Assembly: GCF_018350175.1 (NCBI RefSeq)
Contig: NC_058368.1
Span: 14,014,001 to 14,078,000 of the forward strand
Direction: 5' to 3'
Length of the DNA stretch: 64,000 nucleotides
Origin: Felis catus
Lineage: Eukaryota
Shown here: positions 25,117 to 37,193 of the stretch, piece by piece
Layout of the letters: the number at the start of each line of letters is the position of its first letter
How positions within the stretch are numbered: position 1 is the stretch's first letter
Notes under the pieces: generated by a model
Seen by the model: only the letters and a program-made list of their open reading frames with translations
Told to the model about the DNA's origin: nothing
Databases searched by the model: none
Position numbers and translations under genes: made by a program

Positions 25117-28100
25117 AAAATAGGACCTTTAAAGAATACTCTCAAATAGCCATGACAGGGGTAGCCAATTCAGTTTATGAGGCTGCCTGTCTCCTTATCA
25201 GGCTGAAAGAAAAGGTGGAAATTACTGAGAGATTTCATGACTGTAGGCAGGCTTAGTGATTTCCTGTGCTACCAGTATATTCCATCTGTCCTTACATTTT
25301 CCTGTGCTGCATTTCACTGTTTTCCTTATTTGACTCTGCAGATAAATGTATTTTACTTATTTCAGCATGTATCTCCACTTGATGTCTGAATTGATGAATG
25401 TGACAGTTTTCTGTATCAGGTTTATTGCCTATATAGGCAGGTAGGCAGTGTTCTTTTAAGACCACATCTTTAGGAACACATTGTCTTAAACGTGACTGTC
25501 AGATGGATATGGAATTAGAAACTTTGGTTTAGACCTTTCCAGTTGTGAACTGTGAAGAAATTTAACTCTTCTAACTTTTGTGAGATTTTTTTGTGTATGG
25601 GTGTCACTGAAATTAATTGTGTTGAGTGAGAAATTATCTTGAGTATGGACTTGAGTTTATTTCTTTTACAGTTTTGTTCCTGCTCTGATCACTCTTATCT
25701 CAGAAGAGTTTTCTAGTCAGAGATACAGCATAGAAACAGTGGTATTAGATATTTTATATAATTTTAATCATTGTCTGCAAGATTTCAGTGTATCTCAATA
25801 CCAAATTTGGCTACAAAAAAGACGAAACCTTATGAAAAAGTCAAAAGGTTTTCTCCCCTTACTGGTACCTTAATCTTAATGGAATGTAATCTACTTCTAA
25901 ATTTATTCTGGCAATTACTTTGTCTGTAGTGTTTCTTAAGATATTAAAAACATCCTTTTAAAAGGGCAGGATGTGTTGGATCCCAGGGAATCTTTAATTT
26001 TTTACATTATGAATTCCATTTTTCTTAATATATTTAAACAGTTCATGTAGCTGAGGTACTTTGCTTGTTTCAGTACAAAACAGATTGAAAAGACAGTTTC
26101 TGTGTCCTAAGAACTGCCTTTGAACTGAGGTTTCATATTCAATCTCAATCATTTCAGTTATACATTAGGTCTGTCTTAATGATACAGTATATCTTAAATA
26201 ATCAAAAACCTCAAAGATAATAAAACTTTTAGGATTATAAATTGCCTACATTAATTACTTTAAAAGATAAATAATGGACAAATTGAAATGGATAAAGTTA
26301 TATTAAAATCAAGTCAAAATCTATATTTATATAAATTTCCATGGAACCTAAATATAGTACATATTTATCATTAGTAACAGAAATTAGTCATGTTCATACA
26401 CAGTTATTAAATATTCTCAGGTATTTGTGGGCCAAGACTGTGGTATTCCTTAATAATATGGACCAGAAAGCTCTAGAGAGATAATAAATATGCTGTCATA
26501 GTGGTATTATTATACTATTTTCTTCATTTTCATAAGGTCTAGCCCTTTATAAGTATGTTACTTGAAATAAATATTATTTTCTAATTTATTGGAAGCTTAT
26601 TAAGAACTGGAAGGTGTTAATTATTTTTAAGAATAACCCTATAGATTATTTAGTTCATTTTCCTTAAAAGGAGGCAGGATTATTAAACACCCTTAACTAT
26701 TCCTAAAGTAGAATTGCTACTTAAAAGAACATGATTTGTTATAGTACTATCTGTTGAAAAGTTTAGCAATTTTACTTTAAGATATAAAAGAACACTTTCT
26801 GTCTTAAGTAAAATATTCCTATGGAAATCCATTTTTGGGTATTGCTATACTTTTCAAGAGAAACTTCTATGTTGTGTATACTAGTTTTGGCTGACACAGA
26901 TACTTGCTTTTTGGTTATCCTATATACTTAGATCCTCTACAGATGAACTGATATGTCTAGACAGGAAGTGGTATGTAGGAGATATAGGAATGGGCTGAAG
27001 TATCCTTTATATTTGCCTTTGTATCTAGGGGAGTTGGAAATAGGCAAGAATGGAGAGAAATTTTGTATGGCAGTACACAGAATTTTGCAAGTTTATTGTG
27101 AGCCCTGCAGCAATCCGATGCATTTTAGTTACTGGTAAGTTTGTTAAATTATGTTTGAAAATGTACCTCTTCGAAGATGGCCATCTATTTACTATTACAT
27201 CCACCATGTCAAATATACCTATTTTAAAGATTTTTTTTTTAAAAGATATAGTATTGCTGTTGCATTCAGTTTTAGGTATAAATTTACAATACTTTTGTTA
27301 GTGAATGCATTTGACTTTTCAATTGTTGTCGTACTTAAAACTGAAGTGAAATTAACTTTATATGGGTAGCATAGATACGTGTTAAGATTTTTGGAATAAA
27401 ATTAATATTTCTGATTTTGTAATGGAATTCCACTGTGATTAGAAGTCTGCATTTATTCATTAGATGTTTGAGAAAGAGTAGTCCTTCTGACATAAAAAGA
27501 GTAAGAAAATCCATGGCATTGTTGTAATTTTATATGGCTTTACATAGGAGAGTGATTTATTTTGCATTTTTTTCATGGACCATAGGGACCATAGGCATTT
27601 CCAGTCTCTCTTTTTGGCAGTGCTGATGTTTAGGAATGTTAGTCATCTTTCCCCTTAAGTCCCTAACTCAGGTGTAGACAAGAATTCCATGAAAAGATTA
27701 GGAAATTGTGTGATCTCTATGCACTGATTTCTTTATTCTTCTCAACCATTTAAGCAGAAGTATTTTTGTGCAGTGGTACTATGCAGTTATTTGTGAAGTG
27801 GCTTTTATTATTCATACAATTCATTCAAAATGGACTAGATTGCTTAATAGCTGTTTTTCTTTACAGAAACATTAAAAAAAATCCCAAGAGATTCTTTGGT
27901 GGTTGTGTTTTTCTTACACATGTCTAACTTTAGGTCAAAGTGAAAGAATTATGTTGACTTGTAATGCTAGTTTACTTTTTTTGTGTGGTTAAAAGAATTA
28001 GGGCCAATTAATGTGTTTGAATTTTAATTTCCTGTAATGAGTACCTTATTTCCAGTTATACTATATTTTTTCTAGCTGATGTCATATAATCCATTAAACT

Positions 28101-29325
28101 ACAGTCTTTATAATAATAATGATAATATGCAATTGATTCTTTTAATGAGAATATTTCTGAATTGAACAAGAATATCCACATTTTCAGAGAAATGTGTTGT
28201 CAATACTATTGAAACCAGAAGAGGTAGCATAAGCTGAGAGAATGGAATCACTTTAGATTCCTTTTGGACCTTAGTTATTTTCAAGTTTTCCTCATTAACA
28301 GATTTTCTTAATTCCTTGTAGGAATGAGTACTTGTGAATTTAAAATATATTTATTAATCTGTGGTCTTACTCTTTCTTATGAATATAAATAGGCAAATTA
28401 GGGTACCTTATATAGCATTGTAAATAGGAATTTTAATTGCTGATGAAGTTTGGCTTGTTGTCATTTATTGTTATAAACTACAGGAAGCATATACAATGAA
28501 GGAATATATATTTTCTTAATTAGGTTTGCCATCATGTATTAATGCTGCTAGTTGAAAATTGTTCAGTGTGTAACTTGGTGAAATAATATATTATCAAAGC
28601 TTAATTCAGTGCAATCATTTATTTATTTATTTATTTTGTTTCTTCCTTCATTCAACAGACATAACAAGTGCTTTATCTTTGTCTGGCACTTCTCTTTGTG
28701 TGCTTTTATGTGTTTGTGTATACATTGTATAATTAACTGCCACTTTCATTTCGATACTATACAGATCATTTGTTTTCTGCTCTCATGAGCTTTCCTGAAG
28801 GCATATATGAACCTAAAAAACATCTTGCATATTTCTCTGGATATTTTCTAAAAAATTAGAAGTTATTTTTTAAAAATAGGTCTAAATGAAAAGTTTTCTT
28901 TAAAAAATAGGTGTGTTCTCAAAAGTAATATTGCATACACATTTAAAATTCTCTGTGATAACATGTTCTTTAAAACAATATTATGATAAAGTCTTTATTA
29001 TGGAGAACTGATGTATTTGTGGGCATGTTTCTTACGGTAGATTTACTTGAAGCAGATAATATACATATGTATAGATGAACTTCGGTGTTTGGCTTTGGAA
29101 TATAAAAAAACTGTGCAGTTATGTTTTGATTTATATTTAATTTTAAAGAGATGAAACAAGTTTCCTCATGCTTGTGAGAAAAATATATTCTTGTACAGCA
29201 TAAGGTGTAATAACCATTGTCAGCAAACTAGAGATTAGAATTGAATATGCTTGTTACCTTTTGTCATATGTTTATAATAAACATTTGATGATTACATAAT
29301 GTAATTATCTGTACTTTACATGCAG

Positions 29326-29434
29326 TGCTACTCTTTTGGCATTCCTGGTTGAACTACTTAAAAGTTCAGTAGCCATGCAAGAACAGATGCTGGGTGGAAA
29401 AGGCTTTTTAGTCATTGGCTACTTACTTGAAAAG
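29326..29434 (+). CDS. NBEA: NBEA coding exon (109 nt, phase 2-0; ~exon 11)
   Basis: catgcag|TGCTACT...GAAAAG|gtaagt; ATLLAFLVELLKSSVAMQEQMLGGKGFLVIGYLLEK. Confidence 0.97.
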
Positions 29435-30787
29435 GTAAGTGCTGTGTGTTGATGGTTTTATTGTGTAGTATATACAGCTGAACAACTGACAATCCTGAAT
29501 TATATTTTTTTCTATAGTTTCTCTTTTCATTAACTGTTCATTGTTGTTAGCTAATTCACAAATATTTACTTTTATATTTTGCATTTGGACTTAAGTATAG
29601 ACATTGAACTAAATTGGATGCTAGAAATCTATATAATTAAGGGATTTTGAGAGAAGATAGAAACTAAAGAAAATTTTTTTCCTCTACCTTTAGTCAAAGT
29701 TACAAGTTTTTCCCCTTAACTCTTTTTTCTAGTTGTTTCTTTACTATCCTTACATTCAAACTAAGTTTCTTAGAAGCTTTATCAATTTAATTTTAAATAG
29801 ATTTCTTGGTTTTGCTTTATTTTCCAATTATATAAGGTAAAAAAAAATCTTTGTTTTGTAATAAGCAAAAATAGTTTGTGATTTGTCTCTGCTTTTAATA
29901 TATATGAATATTTAAGGTGGCTTTTCTGTAATCACTACATAATATAAACAACACAAGTTAGATGGGTTTAATATTTCCCATTTTGTGTCATTTATGTCTT
30001 GGTTTTCTTATGACCTTTGCTTTAGTCACAGTTGTACTATTCTGGTAATGAATGCTGGCTTTCTATTATGGGCTCATAAGAGTTTAGTTGTATCATGCAG
30101 TTTCTTTTAAAAATTAACATGGGAAGTCATGAATAAAAGTGATGGCGTATTGACTTTTTTTTTTTTTTTGCCTAAGGAAATACCTGCCACCCTCATTAGC
30201 TCTCTCAAACCTATTTTTATCATTTAACTCTTTAGCATTCAGTTGCTCTGAAAATGGAACTATTTGAGAAATAAAGAGGTGAGGCCTTGAATAAGAGGCA
30301 TAAACTTATTTTTCCATTTGGAAATAAAATTGAGAAGACTTTTGGAAATAGTTTTTTCAACTCAGATTGTTCTACCTTTGAAATCCTTGTAACTTGTCTT
30401 TGTTTTAAAACAAATATTCTTTCTTGAAGGATTGGTGATTGGCGAAGTAGTAGGTTATTAAGTGATTGATCATTTGTAGCATTTCTTTAATGAAATAATT
30501 TTTTTCAGAAACATTAAGCTTTTCATTGAGGTGTTTGGTTTCATGGAAAACTATTTTTTGCATCTAGATTATGAAGAATTTTTTAGAAGATTTATATTAA
30601 ATTATATCTTATGCAAATTAGATATTATGAATGTAATGTGCCATTACTATGTACGGACAAGATCACTACCAGGATCTATGCCTTGAATATATTTTTCATC
30701 CATCTGCTGTGAGGTTATCAAAATAATTCTAAAGTGAGCATTTTTTTTTCTTACACATAAAACTTAGCTTAAAATTAGAAATTCATT

Positions 30788-30901
30788 GGAGCACCTGGCT
30801 GGCTCAGGTGGTGAAGCATAATTCTTGATCTGGGGGTTCTGGGTTCAAACTTCATGCTGGGTATAGAGAGTCCTTAAAAGTAGATCTTAAAAAAAAATTT
30901 A
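30788..30901 (+). mobile_element. Short carnivore tRNA-derived SINE lacking the CT tract
   Basis: A/B-box-like head, short A tail, 15-bp TSD AAAATTAGAAATTCA. Confidence 0.85.
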
Positions 30902-32179
30902 AAAATTAGAAATTCAGTGAGAAAACTTTAAATCAAAATAAAAGACATATTCAGTTCTTCCTCCTTTTCAGAGTTAATAACCTTAAAATTATATTGTCAG
31001 CTTAGGTAGAAAATATTATCTCGTTATGGTTTCAATTTGCATTTTTTGAAATTTTGAATAAGATATGACATATTTTCATGTATATTTACTGCACATCCAC
31101 TTTTTCTCACTGATGGAGTACTTATTCATGTCCTTTGCCAATTTCCCCACTTTCCCTCCAAGATCTCCACTCCTAGGCAACCTGTAATTTACTTCTTATT
31201 TCTATGACTTTGTGTATTCTAGATGTTCCATGTAAGTGGAATCATACAGTGTTGGTCTTTTTGTATCCTGTTTATTTCACTTATTGTCATGTGTACAAGA
31301 TTTCATCCATGTTGTAGCATATATCAATACTTCATTTCTTTTTTGGCTGAATAATATTCCATTGTATGCATACAACACATTTATCTATTCAGATGCCAAT
31401 AGACTTTTGTGTTTTTTCCATCTTTTGGATGTTATGACTAATGCTGCTATGAACTTTCATGTACAAGTTTTTGTGTGGACATATGTTTTTATTTCTCTTA
31501 CGTAGATACTTACCTATGAATTGATTTGATGGATACTATCATAATTCTGTGTGTAACCACTTGAGAAACTGCCAGCCTGTTTTCCAAAGTGGAAAATTTC
31601 ATTTCATCCACAGTATGTGCGGTTTCCAGTTTTTCACATCCTTGCCAACATTTGTTAATTGTCTTTTTTATTCTAGCCATCCTAGTGAGTGTGAAATGGC
31701 ATGTCATTTTTTATTTGCATTTCTGTGTTGTCTAATCATGTTGAGTATCTTCATGTGCTTATTGGCTATTTGTATGTTTTCCTTAGGGAAATGTCTATTT
31801 AGAACTTTGCCCATTAAAAAATATGGTATTTCCATTATTGAATTGTAGCAATTTTTTTTTATTATTCTGTACACTAATCTTCATTAGATATGTGACTTGC
31901 AAAGATAGTCTTACATTCTGTAGATCACATTATGTTTTAATTTGCATTCCCCTGATGACAGATTAAATTGAACATTTTTTTACACTTATTGTCTTTTAGT
32001 TATCCACCCTTATTAAATACCTGTTCAAAGTGTTTATCCTTTTTCATATGAATTGTCTATCATTTTTTTTACTGATTTGTGGAAATTCTGTTTATATCCT
32101 GTATTTGACACCTTTGTTGGAGATGCATTCTGAATATTACTTCCTCTGTAGCCTGCTTTTTCACTCTCTTGATATTTTT

Positions 32180-32391
32180 GTTTTAATTTTTTTTTTAACA
32201 TTTATTTATTATTAAGAGACAGAGTATGAACAGGGGAGGGGCAGAGAGAGAGGGAGACACAGAATCGGAAGGAGGCTTCAGGCTCTGAGCTGTCAGCACA
32301 GAGCCCGAAGCGGGGCTTGAACTCAAAAACCGCAAGATCATGACCTGAGCCAAAGTCGGACGCTTAACCGACTCAGCCACCCAGGTGCCCC
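32180..32391 (-). mobile_element. SINEC_Fc-type
   Basis: 16-bp TSD CTCTCTTGATATTTTT. Confidence 0.95.
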
Positions 32392-33030
32392 CTCTCTTGA
32401 TATTTTTTGATGAATAAATGTCCTTAATTTTAATATAGGTCACCGTTTCATTTTCTTTTATGATTATCCCATTTTGGAAAGAATCTTCAAGATTGTTTTG
32501 GCTATTCAAGGGTATTTGCACTAACATCTATATCAGTTTGTTAATTTCCACCAGAAAAATGCTAGGATTTTCATTGTGTTTCATTGTGTTATATTAAACC
32601 TTCCAATTCATACATTTGGTGCATGCTTCTATTTACTTAGGACTCTTTGGTAGAATTGTGCTAGAAAACATTGTCTTTTTGCTAAATTTATTCCTAGATT
32701 CTTGAGGTTTTTCAAATGTAAGTTTTTTTTTATCACTGATATATAGAAATATAATTGGTGTTCATGTTGACCTTTTATATACGTCTTGCTACTCCTCTAA
32801 TTCTCGTAGTTTGTCAATTTTTCAGAAACATTTACTTGTAGAAAATTTTATATCTTCCTAATACTTATTCTTTTTGTATTTTTCCCCTTGATATTGTACT
32901 AAGACTTACAGTATAGTGCCAAACAGAAGTTGTAATAGTGAGCATCCCTGTCTTATTCCAGAGCTCATGTGCAAAGCTTTCAATAATTAGCCACTAAGTA
33001 TGGTATATGCTGTAGATTACTTTCAGTAGA

Positions 33031-33233
33031 TTTTTATTTATTTTTTAAAGAATGTTTATTTATTTTGAGAGAAAGAGAAAGAGCACATGCAAGTGAGAGA
33101 GGAGCAGAGTGAGAGGGAGAGAGAATCCCAAGTAGGTTCCACACTGACAGTTTGATCTCCTGAACCGTGAGATCATGACCTGAGCTGAAATTAAGAGTCG
33201 GATGCTTAACTGGCTAAGCCACCTGGGCACCCC
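33031..33233 (-). mobile_element. SINEC
   Basis: SINEC head/body. Confidence 0.9.
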
Positions 33234-33469
33234 TAGTCAATTTTTAAATCAAATTAAGAAACTGTCCACTACAAGTTTGCTGAGAAGTTTTCCTTATCAT
33301 AAACAGGTGAATTTTACCAAATGTTTTTCTGCATTATTTGAGAAAATTAAGATGTTTCTTCAATTTTTTCTTAGTGAATTATATTAATTACTTTTCAAAT
33401 GTTAAACCATCTTTATATTCCTGGAATCCTATTTGGTCTTAGATCCATTCCTATCCCAATCAGGCTTGC

Positions 33470-33509
<40 letters not shown>

Positions 33510-33709
33510 ACGTTTATTTATTTTTGAGACAGAGGGAGACAGAGCATGAACGGGGGAGGGTCAGAGAGAGGGAGACACAGAATCGGAAACAGGCTCCAGG
33601 CTCTGAGCTGTCAGCACAGAGCCTGACGCGGGGCTCGAACTCACAGACCACGAGATCATGACCTGAGCCGAAGTCAGCCGCTTAACCGACTGAGCCACCC
33701 AGGCGCCCC
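33470..33709 (-). mobile_element. SINEC_Fc with (TTTA)n tail
   Basis: CpG-rich body; TSD CAGGCTT. Confidence 0.95.
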
Positions 33710-33714
33710 CAGGC

Positions 33715-34790
33715 TTTTATCCTTCAAATGGCTCATGTCAGTGTCACCAGTAGTCTTCATATTGTTACATCTTAAGGTTTTCAGTTTTCATCTTATTTGG
33801 TCTGTTAACATTTCAGTTTAACATTCTTTCCTTGAAATGCTTTCTTCAATTGTATTTTGTAACAGCATCCTTTCTTTGTTTTCTTCCTACCTCCTTGGTC
33901 TCCTATTTTATTCTATCCTACTCACGCCTCCTCTTTCTCAATTTTAAGGACTGATTTTCCTTTCACATCTTTCATCCTTCAGTTTTCTCTATTTTAGTTA
34001 ATAGCATTGCCATTCACCCATTAGTTCAGACCAAAAATGTTAATACTTTTTGACTCTATTCACACAATAAATCCATATTCTATGCAAATTATCTTGTCTT
34101 GGTATTAAAACATATCCAGAATGAATGACTTCTTCCTACTTACGATCCTAGTCCTTTCTATATCACATTGATACCATCCTGTTTCAATCACCATTGATCA
34201 CCATTGGTTATCCACACTCTATTTTTCTTGCAGTCAGACTAATCTTCCTAAAATATGCCATACTTTACTACTTCGTCCTTCTCAAAGTAAATTCACAATT
34301 CTCTTACCTTTGACATCATCTCATTATACCCCTTCATGCTTTCTCTGTTACAGACGCACTGGCCATGCAAAAGCCTTTTTGCCTTTCCCTTAAAAGCTAA
34401 AATGGCAAGCATGAATCCATGTCAAGACTTTTGCATTTTCTTTTCACATTGCTTTCATCACTCATTTTGTAGATGTCCACATGGCTTGATTCTACACTTC
34501 TTTTATGATTTTACTTATGACATCTTATCAGAGAACTCTTGACTCATCCCTCTAAATAGAATAGTAGCCCTTCCATAGTCATCACTATCTCTCTACTGAT
34601 TTTTGAGAGCACGATTCAGACGTTTTTTACTTGTTTATTTTCTGCCTCTTTTCACTAGAATATAAGCATCAGCTGGATGAAAGCAGGGACTGTATCTTTT
34701 TTGTTCTCACCTTATTGTTGTGTCTTCAGGACCTAAAAGAGTGCCTGCCTCAATAAATAGTTGTTGGATTAAATTGAATAAATGAAAAGC
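33715..34790 (+). mobile_element. LINE-2 3' relic
   Basis: L2 3'-end motifs 'cactagaatataagc...agcagggactgtatc...ctcaataaatagttgttggattaaattgaataaatgaa'. Confidence 0.75.
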
Positions 34791-34865
34791 ACTTTCATAC
34801 TTGTTTGAGTACCTAAAAGAATGTTTTTCACCTTTACAGATGAATATTCATACTGCTTTATTTTA

Positions 34866-35096
34866 TTTTATTTTTTTTAATTTATTTTTTTTTCAACGTT
34901 TATTTATTTTTGGGACAGAGAGAGACAGAGCATGAACGGGGGAGGGGCAGACAGAGAGGGAGACACAGAATCAGAAACAGGCTCCAGGCTCTGAGCCATC
35001 AGCCCAGAGCCTGACGCGGGGCTCGAACTCACGGACCGCGAGATCGTGACCTGGCTGAAGTCGGACGCTTAACCGACTGCGCCACCCAGGCGCCCC
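34866..35096 (-). mobile_element. Young felid SINEC_Fc
   Basis: 17-bp TSD CATACTGCTTTATTTTA (34849-34865, 35098-35114); nearly identical to the copy at 4693-4903. Confidence 0.96.
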
Positions 35097-35278
35097 ACAT
35101 ACTGCTTTATTTTAAACATCAGTTCCTGGGTGAATAGTATAGATAATAAAGTTTACATTTTTATTTTTATTTAGTTAGTTTTTTAAAGTTCCATTTTTAT
35201 TTTATCATCAACTAATAACAAGCTAATAGTTAACTATCACTTAGCTTTATGTCCTTGTCATAGAAGGTGTAACTTAGT

Positions 35279-35366
35279 GGGGCGCCTGAGTGGCTCAGTC
35301 AGGTAAACGTCCGACTTCGGCTCCTGTCATGATCTCATGGTTCGTGAGTTCAAGCTCTGCATCGGC
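35279..35366 (+). mobile_element. 3'-truncated SINEC (tRNA-like head only)
   Basis: GGGGCGCCTGAGTGGCTCAG...GAGTTCAAGC, then abrupt end with no tail. Confidence 0.85.
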
Positions 35367-35399
35367 CTTAAGTTCCCTTGTTAAGGGAAATCAGCAAGG

Positions 35400-36050
35400 T
35401 TTGAAGAGATGAGAGGATTGTTTATCATAACTCAAAGAGAAAGTTTTGTAGTTCTGGAAGAAATCATACCCAACTGGAGTGTGGTCTTAAGTAAAAGAAT
35501 GTGGTGTATTGGCCTGAAAGGGTGAAGCTAGTAGAATAAATACCCCAACTTCATTTTCTTCCTGGCCTCTAATTTCCTGCTGGTGTCTCTAACTAGTCAA
35601 ACCCAACAGGAAGCCAACAGGCATGGGAGCCTCTGGAGCACAAAATAGGATGGGGAAGGTTGGGGAGTAGATCAGCACAGCCAGTAAAACCTATATCCTA
35701 TATATCCATTAGGTTGGGCTTTAGGGTTTGGCTGTCTGAGGCTCCATTATGTCATCAAGGACCTAGGTTTTTTCTGTATGTCTGCTCTGCCAAGTCACTG
35801 ATGATTTTATTTGATGATACAGCTGCTGTCCTTTGTGGTAAAAAGAAGGTTTCCGGGTAGACTTAGTGCTGTAGGCCTTCACATCCAGATTGGGGTTAGG
35901 CAGAAGAGCTCCCTTCTGCCAGATACTGAAGGACATCCGTCTCTCTAATTTGATAGTCAGCTTAGGTCTTGACCTACGTTGAATCATTTGTTGCCATGAA
36001 AATTTTGATGCTGGTTCTCTGAACTAATTGCTTTCTACCTGTCTCCCCCA
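35400..36050. mobile_element. Ancient ERVL/MaLR LTR relics (LTR33/MLT-like, tentative)
   Basis: 'caaacccaacaggaagccaacaggcatgggagcc' resembles recalled LTR33-type sequence. Confidence 0.4.
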
Positions 36051-36266
36051 AACAACAGCAACAACAACAACACATAAATGATTCATATTGGATTAAGCTA
36101 TTTGGAGCTCAATCTTGGTGTCCTAAAAGGAGTGAGATGGATGTTGAGGATCAACTACTTTATGATGTACCTGTAGTAATTAAAATAATTTTCCACAATT
36201 TCCTTAATAATATAGTATATATTCTGTATGTGTAGAGTGGTTTCTGCAATAAAAATGAACATTTCT

Positions 36267-36472
36267 GGGGCGTACAGGTGACTCAGTCAGTTAAGCGTTC
36301 GACTTTGGCTCAGGTCATGATCTCACAGATCCCATGTCGGGCTCTGTGCTGACAGCTCAGAGCCTGGAGCCTGCTTTGGATTCTGTGTTCCCCTCTTTCT
36401 CTGCCCCTCCCCCCACTCATGCTAAGTCTCTCTGTCTCTCTCAAAAATGAATAAACATTAAAAAAAAAATTT
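36267..36472 (+). mobile_element. SINEC_Fc-type with internal deletion
   Basis: TSD AAATGAACATTTCT. Confidence 0.92.
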
Positions 36473-37130
36473 AAATGAACATTTCTGGTAATCCATTCCA
36501 CGGTGGGCTGCTCTAAATGTAGGAAAGACCTCTTCTTACTGAATAGCAACTTCTCCCTTTAACATCTATTGCCCCTATTTGATTTAGTTACTTATGGAGT
36601 GAAATGTTATCATCTAACTTTTTCCCCTAGCTTCTCAAGCTCTATTTCCAATATCTTCTATCACAGTTCATATAGTTCATTTTATAATTTATGTGTTCAG
36701 TCACCACACAAAAGTACTGTTACATAGTTTAAATTTCAGAGCATACAGTTTACAGATTTATAACTATAAATTATCCAAGTATAACTCTCTTTTTAAATAG
36801 CTTTACTTGAGAAAATGACAGCAAATATCAAAATAAAAAATATTTCAAAGCAATCATTCAAACGAAACTCATTAAAGCAGAGTTGGATATCTTCTTTTCT
36901 CCTAATCTGTGTTTTGTCTTTTCTTATTCTCTTCTGCTGAGGAATTATGGCAGGCACCAGACACAAAAAAAAGATGAATAACATAGTATTCTCTTTTATA
37001 ACAGGAAAGAAAGACATGTGAATAATTAATAGTAATGCAAGGCAGGAGGAATAAGTACTACTTATGGTAAAGGTAACATGCTACTGAAGGAACTTTCATT
37101 TTCTGCCTGGTAGGATTTTGAGTAGGCCAA

Positions 37131-37132
<2 letters not shown>

Positions 37133-37162
<30 letters not shown>

Positions 37163-37193
37163 CAAAACAAAACAAAACAAAACAAAACAAAAC
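37133..37193. repeat. (AAAAC)n microsatellite
   Basis: About 12 perfect units. Confidence 0.97.

Larger units (their letters stand above)
30990..33450 (-). mobile_element. Old LINE-1 fragments (L1ME/L1MB-like) with nested SINEs
   Basis: L1 3' motifs 'catccatgttgtagcat', 'aatgctgctatgaac', 'gagaaactgccagcctgttttccaaagtgg'; ORF 31510-31707 (HFTLTRMARIKK..NKCWQGCEKLE). Confidence 0.75.

Noticed and set aside
28659..28667. Possible 9-nt microexon ACATAACAA after a strong acceptor
   Set aside because: The donor (gtgctt) is poor and joining to the upstream TG would create TGA
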